64,000 nt of DNA, taken from positions 7,316,001-7,380,000 of the forward strand of contig CM022675.1 of NCBI GenBank assembly GCA_012295275.1. Direction: 5' to 3'. The notes under the pieces are model-generated. The model saw nothing but the letters and a program-made list of their open reading frames with translations. It searched no databases and was not told where the DNA came from. Position numbers and translations under genes: made by a program. Origin of the DNA: Chrysomallon squamiferum. Taxonomy: Eukaryota; Animalia; Mollusca. Positions 1 through 32,330 of this stretch are shown in pieces; within the stretch, counting starts at the first letter, position 1; every line of letters begins with the position of its first letter.

Positions 1-7
1 ATTTCAG

Positions 8-17806
<17,799 letters not shown>

Positions 17807-19080
17807 CAGTTACATATTTAATTTAAAAAAATATTAAAAAATTAAAAAAATATATATATATATTCTGAATTTTAAATTTTTTAAAAAAATAAATTCGGGA
17901 TTGGTGCATTTCTTAGGCAAAAAAAAGTGTTTTGTGAAAAGAAGTGAATTTTAAGACTGGTTGGTGTGTTTTTTGGGTTTTTTTTTTTTGGAAAGGTGAA
18001 AGTTATAAGGATTGTCAGAAGATGTTGATTGGTCATAAACACAAACAGCCGTTTAGACAATATTTTCATACCCAGTGTGTTTTTGTAAACTGTGAATATT
18101 CGAAGGAACCGATTCAAAACAACCAAACATGACAAAAAAAAAAAAGATGAACAATGACACTAATTTCAGTGATAGAGAAAAACATGACAATATATATTAA
18201 ACAAAAATTATTGTTAAAATGTTTTTGTTTTTTAAAATATTTTCACAATGAATACATTTCGTGCATTGATAAAATGAAAACTTGTCTGTTGATCAGACAG
18301 TACCTGTGACAGATGAAAATGATGAAGGACAGACATTGAAACAAAACAGTGCTATGATGTGTTCACGACTTCAAAGAGGAAATGTTAATTTTGGTGTTTT
18401 TCTTCCAGATACCAAAAAAACATTGACACAGAAACACAGACAGACAGACAGACATCTGTAACATAAAGATATTCTGATATCGTGAATATATCCGAAGTTA
18501 TTTCAAATGCTTTCACCTGTATTATATATAAAAAAAATCTTTAAAAATTCAGTTTCAGATATATAAAATTATTTTATAGTTTTATTAATTTTTTTACCAT
18601 GTTTTATGTTTTAATTTTTATCAGTTTTATGATTGCTTACTTTTAAGGAAAAAAGTCATTTGGGCATTAATAAAAAAAATATAAGATAGAAATATTTATT
18701 TCTATAATTTTCTCTTAGACACTATTTAGAAGCACTTGTTATTACCTGAACTTGCCTATAAAGACCACTTTTTTATTGCAATAAACAAGTAGATAGATTT
18801 ATGCAATGTCTCAGAAATCCTTGGTAGATTTTTTTAATATTTTATGCATCAAACTTCAAATCAGTTGACTGATTGAACCAAAGCAATTACGTCAACCAAT
18901 AATACAGTCAACATTTTAGCCAATCAGAGAGTAGTAACTAAAAATACTTAACCAATCAAAATTTATTATATAAAAAAAAAAATATTTGAATTGACTAATA
19001 AAGCAATATTAACCTAAATATGCTTCAATGATAATTTGGTTGAATACATTTTTTATTCATTTAATTCTTCTAGTCAAGGG

Positions 19081-19163
<83 letters not shown>

Positions 19164-21308
19164 TTTTTTATTATTATTATTATTATTATTAGAAAGTTTA
19201 TTAAAACCATTTATATATAGCCGAAAGAAAAATCATATTATTATTTACCAGAACCGTGGCATGCTGGAATATCTTTTGTATTTATGCCTTGTAAAGTGTC
19301 TTATTTATGGAGAGGTGATTGTGCGTAATTATGTGTCTTATGATTAAATATCTTTTCTGTTTGCATAATGATGAATTTAAATATGTTTTGAACATAATGT
19401 TAGCAAGTTAAAGCTTGGCAGATAGGGTCAGTATAAAACACTACATTTCTAAACATTTTCACAAATTGTTATTTCCTTATTTTTATCATTTATTTATTTT
19501 TTCGTTCATTTATTTTTTATCATTATTTTTATTTTTATTTTTATGATGATGATGATGATCATGATGATCATTTTTTTTATTGTTACATTATTATTATTAT
19601 TAAAACATTTTAATCTAAATATGCCTTTAGCAAAATATTTTAATTTTAAAACTGTTTAGTAAATTTAATTTTTATTATTTTTAATTATTATTATTATTAT
19701 TAAATTTAATTTTTAGTTTTTAATTATTATTAATTTTATTATAATTATTTTAAATATTTTATTACTGTTTATCTTTTTTAAATTTATTATTTTAACTTCA
19801 TACTGAACACAAATTGTGCAACTGAATTTAATTTAATTTTTTATTTACCAATTATCCTTATCATGAGATACTTTTAAATTCAAAGTAATTATCTTTTTGT
19901 TTTTAAAAATAATTTATTTTCAGTTCAGTATCTCTGTAAAAAAAAGAAGAAACTTCTAATGATGAAAAATTAATTTGCATATTTTAAAAAGAAATCATTA
20001 TGATTGTATTTTAACCTTTAATAAATTATAATAACAAGAAGAAGAAAAAGAAAGAAAACAAATTTAAAATGAACATTTATATGCATAAAAATACAGTGCA
20101 GAGGGAATGATTGGGGACAGAATTGGCTTTTTTAAGTAGAAAATAAATTTGAAAACAAGATTCATTATTTCTATGTTTTATCACTACTCTTGTCAGCCAA
20201 GCATGTTTATGTAAAGTATTTGTACAAAGTGCTCTGGTTTTTAATATTTAGTGCTATTTAAAATGTAGCATATTATCGTATTACATTTTCGAGTTTTTAT
20301 TTTATTTTTAAAAACGTTCATTAATTCGTAAAAAAGTAGATTTTTTTTTTTAAGTCAATATAAAAGTCTTCAAAAGACTGAGTCACAAAGAATGTTTCTT
20401 TAAAATAACTTTTTTATACAAGTAATTTTATCATTTGTTTTCTCTTTTTCTTTCATTCATTATTTCTTTTTTCGCTTTTTTATACTGTGTTTTTAAAATT
20501 TAGAAACTGAAGGTCATGTTAGTTGAAATTAAATTTTAAGAAAAGAATTGTGGTATGTAACCTCTGTTGATCAGAGTGATGTCCCTTCGTACTGACCACA
20601 AATCAAATGTTTTTTATAAAAGGTATTCATTTTTCGTACATGTTCAGATCATATTACTTTTTAAGATTATTGATTAACATTTTAGGTTTTTAGAATAATT
20701 TACAACACTGAAGAAGAAAGAAAAGAAAAGAAAAAAATAATCCATGTAAAAAATAGTACATCAAATGAAAAGACTTTACTGGAAGGATAAGTCTTGTGCC
20801 TTTATGTTCTTTCAAACATTATTATTATTATTTTTTTTTTTTTTTTTTTTGTTTTTTGTTTTGAGAAATGGTTTATAAAAAAGTACTTGTAAAAAAACAG
20901 ACAAATTTTGATAAATATTTTAAAATAATTTGTTTACATTTTCTTTTGTAGTTGTATCTTACTAAGTACATCACTTAGTAAGAAAAAATAAGCGTTATAT
21001 AAAATGAAAGTTGAAATCGTTAAATCATGAATGTTGTTTGTTATTGGAAGAGATATAATTTATTGTTAAGTAAAAAAAAAATTATTATTATTTTGTATGT
21101 AGTGCATATATATAAATATATATATATATAATTATATCTATAAAGCATATTTACCCATCAAAGCATTACAAGTGGTGATAATATTAAATTACTATCATTA
21201 ATTACGTTTATGATGTTGAAATTACTTCCACGTCTTAATTATGTACAGACGACAGAATGTATAAATGAGTTAACTCCCTTGAGTTCCTGCTAAGACGTGC
21301 GTCCTGTT

Positions 21309-21314
21309 AATAAA
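21309..21314 (+). terminator. Possible polyadenylation signal of the TANC-like gene (3' UTR about 3.5 kb)
   Basis: AATAAA followed by ATTAAA and GT/T-rich sequence at the end of a non-repetitive stretch; many other AATAAA exist, so weak. Confidence 0.25.
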
Positions 21315-21551
21315 GTGTTTATTAAATGGCTTTGTACCATGTGCATAAAATGTGTTCACGTTTTAGCTCTCGTAACTGTAGAGGGCTTTTTTGAGATGTA
21401 AAGATTTTTTTTTTTTTTTTTCAATTTTTCTGTGTGTATCTGTCATGTACGTTACTCATTCCTGAAAATACATTTGTATCCTGCCATTGAAAACATAAAA
21501 TATGCAAATACAAACTGCTGTGTTTTTGTTATTACTACTACTGCTACGACG

Positions 21552-21552
<1 letters not shown>

Positions 21553-21637
<85 letters not shown>
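21553..21637. repeat. (ACT)n microsatellite
   Basis: Direct inspection. Confidence 0.95.
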
Positions 21638-21639
<2 letters not shown>

Positions 21640-22407
21640 TTATTATTTTATTACTTTTGGAACATATCTTTAAAAGCTGCTTTGTAATTCAGTTTTAATT
21701 TGTGCCAGCGGTGTTGAATTTTAATTTAAAAAATTGACACAAATGAAAAAAGTAACCAAAAAAAAGTAAATAAATAAATAATAATAAAATAAATAAATAA
21801 ATAAAAATAAATAAAAATAAAATAAAACAAAATTAAAAAATTAAAATTAAAAAAATCTTCAAAACCTTACTTTAAAATCAAAATTAAAAAATTTTGATTT
21901 TCGTTGTCAAAAACTTAAAAAAAATCTTCAAAACCTTATAGATTTTACCCTTTTTAAAATTACTAGTTAATAACAGACAAACGGGAGAATGAATCATTTT
22001 ACTTCCTTAATCTCTATAAAATATGAAGTGATTATTTCGTTTTCTTTAAAAACACAGACTAACGTATGGATCAGTCCCTTATTACACTTTTTTTTGTTTT
22101 GTTCTATAGATAAACTTAATATAATTCGTAGCCAGGTGTCTTCTTTCAGGTCCGCCTATATTTCTAAACTGAATTTGACTGGCAGTTTCATAGCTTGAAG
22201 TAAGATATTTTGCTGACGAAAAACCTCAGGTATAAAAGAAATCAGAGCATTTATTTATTTATTTATTTATTTTGGTAGTTAGTTCATTAGTAATTTTAAT
22301 ACAGATAATATATTATTATATAACTAGGTAGTTAATATTTTACTTCTGTTCCACAACAACAACAATATTAATAATAATAATCATCATCATCATCATCATC
22401 ATGATCG

Positions 22408-22449
<42 letters not shown>

Positions 22450-23726
22450 CATGTAAGTGAAAATAACATGAAATGTACACGAAATTCACTTATGATAAAA
22501 TAAGCTAGACATCAATAAAAAATTTTTTTACAAAAATTCTGTCTCACTTGAATGGATTGTTGTAGATGATGTTGAATGGGAAGTTTTTTTGTTATGACAA
22601 CGTCAGACCTGACGCAATTCAGGCCAACTGAAGAGTGACAGCGTCAATAAAAAAAAATATATAATAATAATAATAATAACAAACAGGTGAAGTCCTTGAT
22701 ATAAGAATATACGTCTGGTACTTCTATATCGTTCTAAATCATCTTTTTGAGGTCCGGATGCTGCAATTGTTAAACAGAATAATGAAATGTAGGGTATAAA
22801 GACGTTTATGTGTGCACCTGTATATAAACATGAATATGAAATGCCTTGTGAATATTTCGCACCTTTGAAAAAAAAAAAAAAAAAAAAAAAAGTTTTCTTA
22901 GAAGAGGATCTGTGAGAATTTTAAAAAAATTTGACCTCTAAAAGATTGTGGTAACAAACAGATCGGTATCCTTTGGTAAATAAAATAATATACCTCTTTT
23001 TGCCTTACGTCATTCTGAAATCTAATTAAATGCAGATGTGCCAAGAACACACAGACACAAACACACACACATACACACCCAAAAGAGACTCAAACACAAG
23101 TACGTAAATACATGCATTTACATACAGAATTACATAAATGCACACACATGCACAAACACAAAGAAATATATATATACACATATTCAGTATTCATCCGTTT
23201 GTTTTTCGTTCTCTTTCACCTTTCTTTCTCTCTCCCTCTATCATACACACACAACTACACACACACACACAAAACACAATTAAACATCCTCGTAATTACA
23301 CACACACACACACACATATATATTATAATATATTCGATGTTTGTGATGAAAAGTAATCGCTTAAATAAATACCGGTATTTAACGTAGGGTACTTATTCTA
23401 ACCTCTATGAATACTAGTATAGTACTCAACAAAAACCTCATTTCTGACATTAATAGGCTTCTTTCAGTACTTGCCATTAAACACGTTTTCTTCTGTCTGT
23501 GTTTGTTGTAGGGCTATTCGATGCTGAGTCTATAGCTCTTTATTTAATTTGATTTGATCATTTTGAATATTAACCTAGCACGCACCATTGAATCATCGTT
23601 TAAATGCCACTATTTATGAAGTATGTTAATTTTTATGTTTTGCTTTTTGTCAGCGTTTGTCACTGGATCGAATCTAGATCTGAATCAGTGAATTAATATG
23701 TATTTAACACAACCCCAATAACCGTT

Positions 23727-23757
<31 letters not shown>

Positions 23758-24049
23758 TATTGTTGTTATTGCAGTCATCGTCATCATCATTATCACACGG
23801 CACTGGTTAGAACAGGAATTTATGCAAAAGGTGAATGAAGAAGTTTCGATTATAGGAGCGACCTGTCACTGCTGAAACGTCACAATTTTACAGAACTGCC
23901 GTGTGACCCGTCTTGTCAGGTAGGGTCACAAATAAGAAGACGCAGGAAACGAAAGCAGATTTCGTAACTAAACTCTTTGTGACTGTCAGTTTTACTTTTG
24001 ACGATTACAATAAATCTTACACTGAAAAACCTCGGACGGTTTGTCAAGG

Positions 24050-24315
<266 letters not shown>

Positions 24316-24918
24316 GTAACTCTTTGTCATCTCTCACTTTGTGTCTCTGTCTATCTATTTGTTCTACTCTTTCTTTCTTCTTTCTCAGTACACGGGCTCT
24401 TTTCTTCACTGTTCTGTCTTTCTCTGCTCCCCCCCACAGTCACAATAAAACCCTCTACAAACAAACGACGATGTCAGTGTCACATCTATCAAAACTACCC
24501 TTACTGCACCTAGACGAAACATTCACGAAACGTGATGCAATCAGCAACAAAGCTTTTGCAACAACAATAAAAAATAAAAAATAAAAAATAAAAAAATAAA
24601 AAAACATAGAGATAAAACTCAAAATAGCCTATTATTATTTCTATATTTTTTTTATTGTTTCTACTTTTTTTATTATTATTAATTTTTTATTATTATTATT
24701 TTTTTCTTTCTTTCTTTCTTCGTAGAATTCTAAGTTTTGATGTTAACGTTAGGAAGGAACTCTCAAGTTACTAAATACCCGCGTGTTAATCGTAATCTTT
24801 TTATTAATCGAACTTGGATTGTCAAACATGGGTGTAGTCCATTTACAGTAGTTTATGTTCATTCACGTTCAGCGGTGCGTGTCACACGCATCGGCAATTT
24901 ACTATTCACGACTTACCT

Positions 24919-25186
<268 letters not shown>

Positions 25187-25875
25187 TCTCTCAAACGCAA
25201 CATACATACGTGTGTGTTTACTACTGTTACTACTACTACTACTGCTAGTGCTCTTGCTCCTATAACAGTTACAATATCTATTACTACTACTACAAATATT
25301 AGTACTACTACTACTACTACTTAGTTTTACTACTACTACTATTATCGCCGTTACTGCTACTATTGCTACTATTATCATTACTACTACAACTGCTATAGTT
25401 ACTACTAATACTACTCTTGCTATTGCTACTACTACTACTACTAGTACTATTCCTACTACTGCAACAAATACTGCTATTACTGATCCTTTTATTAGTAGTA
25501 GTACCAGCACCAAAGCTACCATCACTACTACTATGTCTGCTATTACTACTACTACTACTATGTCAATATAATAAGACTGGTTTTATCTATCTATATATCT
25601 ATCTCTCTCTATCTCTCTATCTATCTATCTATCTATCTACACACATATGCAAGATAGAAAAAAGAAAGGAAGAATAAGAAGAACTATGAGGGGGAATGCC
25701 CTTAAAACACACAAACAAATTTGTCGTATCGTACTGACGTGATTATATCTTTTTAACTCCGGTAGGTACCCGGTACTGATACCTGATATGAAAATCGTGG
25801 TAAAGGTAAAATATTTTATATATTTTTGTGCTGACAGTTGCAGTCATGCCAAGGAAGTCTTCCGTTTGCCAGAAC

Positions 25876-25925
<50 letters not shown>

Positions 25926-26451
25926 CAGTAATATTAATAATAATATAATATCAACAACAACAACAACAATAATAATAATAATAATGATGATGATGATGAT
26001 GATTATGATGATGATGGTCATAAAAATAGTGAGATGATGATGATAATGGTTTTAACGACAACAACAACAACAACAATAAGAAGAAGAAGAAGAAGAAGAA
26101 AAAAAGAAGAAAAGAGCAAGAACAACATTACTGCCATGAATTCTACTATTACTATTACTTCTCCACCTATTACTGTTGCTAATATTACTATTACGACTAC
26201 TGCTATTACTGTATCTGCTGCTACTGATACTACTACTACTACTAGCAGTGGTAGTTGTAGTACTGTTAACTAGCAGTAGTAGTTGTAGTACTGTTACTGC
26301 TATTATTATTACTACACTTCTACTGCTGCTACTGTTACTATTACTATTAGTATAACTACAACTGCTGCTGTTACTCCTATTACTATTACCATTAATACTC
26401 CAAAGAGTACTACTGTACTGCTACTAAGACTACGATAGCTGTTGTTATTAC

Positions 26452-26640
26452 TATTACTAGCACTACTACTTCTACAGTTATTCTTCAAATATTACTACTT
26501 CTAGTATTATTACTATTACTAGCACTACTACTTCTACAGTTATTCTTCAAATACTACTACTTCTAGTATTATTACTATTACTAGCACTACTACTTCTACA
26601 GTTATTCTTCAAATACTACTACTTCTAATATTATTACTAC
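26452..26640. repeat. 62-bp tandem repeat, 3 copies
   Basis: CACTACTACTTCTACAG at 26461, 26523, 26585. Confidence 0.85.
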
Positions 26641-26817
26641 CTCAGTTACTAATTCTACTATTATTTTTACAGCTACTTCTGCTACTACTTTTGTTACTTG
26701 TAGTCTTCAACTACTATTATTATTACTACTTCCTTCACTAGTATTACTAATATCATCACTTTTACTTCAGCAGCACCAACAATAACATCAGGATCTGTGA
26801 TGATGATGATGATGATG

Positions 26818-26866
<49 letters not shown>

Positions 26867-27480
26867 CAACAACAACAATAATAATAATAATAATAACAAA
26901 AATAATAATAACAATAACAATAAGAATAACAATAATAATAATAACAATAATAATAAACAAACAAACAAATAAATAAATACATAAATAAATAAATCAACAA
27001 ATCAACAAGCTCGAAGTATTTTTTTTACTGTTCACAAGAAATTTAGTTTATTATTTTTACGTTCGACTGGCTGTTTGTCCGGGTACGTTAAAAACAGCCA
27101 AGCTTGAATTCTGCGACGTACATCAATGAATATATATATCAATTCCCGTCGTTTTAACTGCATGATCGTCCAGACGAAGCCAATGATGATATGAAAAAAA
27201 CAAAGAAAAACTACTTGAACAGTATGAGGAGTATCGATAGCAACTAAAAGTGTGGCGTATCTTATTTCTACGCCTTCTCGTACCAGAGTGGATTAAATAT
27301 AACCGCGGTGTTGTTGTAGCAAATCGCCAGAGAAGGTTTAACACATTTTTAAGTGGGTTTTTCATTGACGTCGTCGTGTTAAAGTGGACTGGTGCTGGTG
27401 TGCGAATAACAGAGGTAGTTAGCCTGAGCTGTAATAACAACAGCAGCAGCAGCAACGAAAACAATTGTAATTATGACAGC

Positions 27481-27511
<31 letters not shown>

Positions 27512-27876
27512 ATAGTAGTAGTAGTGGTAATAATAGTAATAACAATATCAACAACAATAGTATCAGTATTAATAATAAAACTTACAATAGTAACAACAAC
27601 AGTAAAAACACTATTAATAATAATGAAAGCAACGATATTAAGCATAACAACGACAGTGTCACCGACGACAACAACAATAACAACAAAATCAAAAACAATA
27701 ACTAAAACCATTCGCCACAATAAACGCTGCTCACTGATGTAATGAAATGTGTTGTTGTCAAACTTTATTGTTAGCAAAGACTGGTAGTCCTAAAAACTTG
27801 ATTCTAAAATTTAGACTTGATTAAAATATCAGCTGTAAACAAAAACAACAACAACAACAAAGCAATAATAATAATA

Positions 27877-27929
<53 letters not shown>

Positions 27930-27935
27930 TAATAA

Positions 27936-27970
<35 letters not shown>

Positions 27971-28029
27971 ACAGCAATAGTAATAATACTATTAATAACT
28001 GGTAGTAATAGTAATAATAATAGTAATAA

Positions 28030-28064
<35 letters not shown>

Positions 28065-29749
28065 ATAGTATTAATAATAACAATACATAACACTACTACT
28101 ACTACTACTACTACTACTAATAATAATAGTAATGATACTAATAAAAAATAAAAATAAAAAAATAAACCTGAAAAGAAAAGTAAAATGATTACATTTCTTT
28201 TATTCCAAGCTACTGTCAATAGAGATTAGCTGTAATTCAAACAAAACACATTCGAAAACAACTACAAACGAAACTTTATACCTGCATATTAATCTAAACA
28301 ACAACACATCCATTAATCTCTACATGAATATAAAATACATTAAGAAAAAAAAAAAACGTTACTCGAAGACCAAGAATAGTACTAAAGGTTCAAGTAGTTT
28401 TTAAAAGAGCTTTAACTTACGTACGGACAAAATATAAAAAGAAAAGAAAAGAAAAAAGAAAGAAAGGAAATAAAAGAAGGAAAAATAGGAAAGTTTACGT
28501 TTAATCTAAGCAAGTATAATAAAAAGACAAGAAACAATTATATAACCCTTGTTGTTTATTTAAAAGCAGAATAATGGGTTAATCTGTTATTAATAATAAT
28601 AATAATAATAATAATAGATAGACAGATATATATGTGTGTATATATATATATATATGTCTATATGTATATGTGTATGTATGTGTGTGTGTCTGTGTGTAAG
28701 TGTGTGTAAAAAAAAAAAAAAAAAAAAAATAAAATGTTTCTTTCTTATTGCTACGCTGACAATAATTAAAATGAATTCGTTCTCAAAATAGTAGCTTTTA
28801 GCTAAAGAAGGAATTTGCTGAATAAATATAATAATAAGATGAAGAAGAAAATGTCTGGCCTTATTGTATTCATGGAAATGTTTTAAAATTATGACAACAA
28901 TGATAACAATAATGACTGATACCAATAGTAATATAAACAATAAAAATAATAACAATAATAAGAATAATAAAAAAGCAAAGACGATGACGAAGATGATAAT
29001 AATAAAATATTAATAACAATTAAACAATAATAGTAACAATAACAACAGTTATAATAATAATAATAATAACAATAACAATAATACATAAATAAAAATAGAA
29101 ATAAAATAATAAATAAAATAATAAAATTAACAACATAAATCAAAAAAACAACAATAATAATAATAACAATAAAAAATAAAGAAATAACAACAATAAAACA
29201 AAAATAAAGAAGACACATAAAACACATTAAGAAGAGTAAGTGAAAAAAAAAAAAAAAACACATATGTATATATCTATATATATATATATATATATATATA
29301 TAGATAGATATATCCAGCAACAAACACTATTCAAATACAGTATTTAAGAATTCACTTTCACAATGAACTATTAAAAAGAACACGAAAACGTGAAGCAAAA
29401 AAAGAAGCGAAGAAGAGGAAGAAAAAAAAAAGGGACATTAAGCTTTGAGCTTCATTAGCTTTACGTGAAATATTTGTTGAGACCTTTTCGTCAAGTCACT
29501 TGTCGGTACAATCATTTCGATTAAGCCGTTCGTTCTGCTGAAAGAAACGAAAAATGTACGGCACAGATCTTTGTATCAGTCGCGAACAAAGAGAGACGTC
29601 AAGACCTCGCTCACAATGGACGTAGGGAACCATGTTGACGACGTATACCTCAACACGGCTGAACAGACGCTCAAAAGAAAGAAAGAAAAAAAAAAAAAAA
29701 AAAAAAACCATTGAAGCTTTTCCAAAGTGACAGATACGTATTCTTTGAA

Positions 29750-30305
29750 GGCTGGCCAATCAAATGAATGAACAACATACAGGGGTGTAAAAAAAAAAAA
29801 AGGAGAGAAAAAAAAAAAAAGCAAGTCAAGTTTAAAGTTATTTTTTATTTATTGTTGTTTTTGTTGTTTATCGTCGTGGACGTGATACTTTGTTAAAACG
29901 GGTGGATACACACAGCCACCCACCCACCCAGATACCCACACCGTATATACCCCGCCACCCGGCCTAAAAAGCACAAGAGAGTTTATAATAATCCTCGATC
30001 GAACAGACAATTTAAGGTTACCGTTGAGAACAGGTCGACATTTCACAGTAACTGTTTGTTGTCTCGGTCGTTTTTTTTCTTTTTTTTTCTTTTTTCTGTT
30101 TTTTTTTTTCTTTTTACCTTCCGTCTTTCTTATTTTATCCCCCGCACCCCACCCCACCTCTTTGTGTCTCTCCCAGACCCGGATCGTCGTAACAACGGCA
30201 CGCCGACGGTATTGTGTTACCACAACGGTGTTTACTGGTTGGGTCCGTTGGGAAAAGTCGCCTTGGCCGAACAGAAGGCAAAGGAAAGGTGTCAAACAGG
30301 TAAGT
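29750..30305 (+). promoter_or_regulatory. Putative distal promoter and non-coding first exon (probably of the sulfotransferase)
   Basis: Locally GC/CpG-richer island, CCAAT at 29756, GC-box-like ccccgcc near 29950, perfect donor CAG|GTAAGT at 30300. Confidence 0.4.
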
Positions 30306-30479
30306 GCAGTTATTTACTTAAGCGATTTTGGTTGTTTTTTTTCCCCTTTTTTTTTTTTTACTTGCTTCTTCTGTTAGTAACTGTTCAGTTGTAATTGTAC
30401 ACCATCTGTTTGTTTTTTTGGTGGTTTTTTTTTTGACTTTTCAACCCTCAGGGATAAGCTTATCTCCGCGAACACACGG

Positions 30480-31490
30480 GGTATTTTGTGGTGTATTTAC
30501 ACACAGAGGCGATTTAGTTTGAAGTTAATTTTACACAGTTACATAACGGCGAGTGTGGTTTTTTTCGAGTTATATAGAGTAACGTTGCTGGGAAGTGTAT
30601 TTTCGAGTTATACGTGGCGCGGATAATTTGAGTTAAACTCACTTCGTAGACGTTGATTTTAATTTATATCGCAGACATCGAGAGAGAAGCTATTTTGAAT
30701 TATACTAATGTCACTTTGATGGTATTTTGAGTTATACGTACGTCGTGGATTGGATAATTTGATTTATACTGATTTTATGTTATAAAACTGACACCGAGAG
30801 AGAAGCTATTTTGAATTATACTAATGTCACTTTGATGGTATTTTGAGATATACGTTAATCGTGGATTGGATAATTTGAGTTATACTGATTTTATGTTATA
30901 AAACTGACACCGAGAGAGAAGCTATTTTGAATTATACTAATGTCACTTTGATGGTATTTTGAGATTATACGTTAATCGTGGATTGGATAATTTGAGTTAA
31001 ACTGACTTCATAAAAACTGACAAAGAATGTTTTTGAAATACTAATGTCACTTTGATGGTATTTTGAATTATACTTAACATCATTGATAAAGTTATTTTAC
31101 TGATTTTATTTACAAAATGCACCGAGGATATTTTTGAATTATATTTACATCATGGAGATGGTATTTTGAGAAATATAATTATTGGATAATTTGGGTTATT
31201 TTGAGTTATATTTACATTCTGGAAAGGGTTTTTGAATTTACTAATGAAGTTTGGTATTTTGAGATATACGTTAATCGTTTGGATGATTTGAAATATCATT
31301 TTATGTAATAAAACAGACGAGAGAGAGGCTATTTTGAATTATACGTCAGTTTGACGTCTTTTTGACGATTATACGTACATCGTTAATTTGACGTCATAAA
31401 TTTTATAAAACTGTTACACAATATTTTGAATTATCCTTTGTCTTTGATGGTATTTGATTTTACGTACTGTTTATTTATAATTTGAGACAG
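30480..31490. repeat. Satellite-like array: about 30-bp subunits (TATTTTGARTTATAC core) organised into a 116-bp higher-order repeat
   Basis: GAGAGAGAAGC ends at 30690, 30806 and 30922; degenerate subunits on both sides. Confidence 0.8.
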
Positions 31491-31899
31491 GATATTTTAA
31501 ACAGAGATTTTAAAACATCACAGAAATAAACGAATTTTTATACATAACAAAAGAGATGTTTTAAAGAATATTTACAGATAGAGGATATTTTATTTTTTAA
31601 CATGAATTTCATGATATGTTTATATCATTGCAGTTTGAGAAATATTTAATTCTGAATTTTTCTGGGATATATTTTTATTACAATCTTGAAATTCATTTTA
31701 AGTTTATTAACGTGGTTATAACGTCTTTAAATATTCTTTCATTAATTTCGTCATAAAGTTTATAGTTACGTCATTGCATCCTTTCTTTAACGAAAAATAT
31801 ATTTTCATTGATTTTTACAGGGATATTTTAACGTCATTTTTTACAACATTACGAAATAAACGAATTTTCCATAACAAAAAGAGATGTTTTCACAGAATA

Positions 31900-32330
31900 T
31901 TTACAGATATGAAAATTTACTTTAACGAATTTCATGATATGTTAGCGTCATTGCAGTTATTGAAATGTAATAGAAATGTATATATTTTTATCACGAAATT
32001 CAGGGTTTATTAACGTCGTTATAAGTATGTAAATATACTTTCATGAATTTCAGGGCATATTAACGTCATTACAATTATGCAAATATATTTTCAGGAATTT
32101 CAAGGTATATTCACGTCATTGCTGTTATGTAAATATAATTCAACGAATATCATAGTTTATTAACGTCATTACAACTTATGTAGATATACTTTCATGAATT
32201 TCAAGGCTAATTAACGTCATTATAGTTACATAAATGTACTTCAACGAATATCATAGTTTCATTAACGTCATTAGAGTTATGTAAATATATTTCAACGAAT
32301 ACCATGGTTTATGAACATTGTTAAACTTAT
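31900..32330. repeat. 50-bp tandem repeat, about 8 copies
   Basis: T(A/C)ACGTC at 32011, 32061, 32111, 32161, 32212, 32263. Confidence 0.85.

Noticed and set aside
30480-31490. CRISPR-like appearance (conserved core plus variable spacers)
   Set aside because: Eukaryotic context, no cas genes, cores are degenerate and the spacers themselves recur with 116-bp periodicity; it is a satellite.
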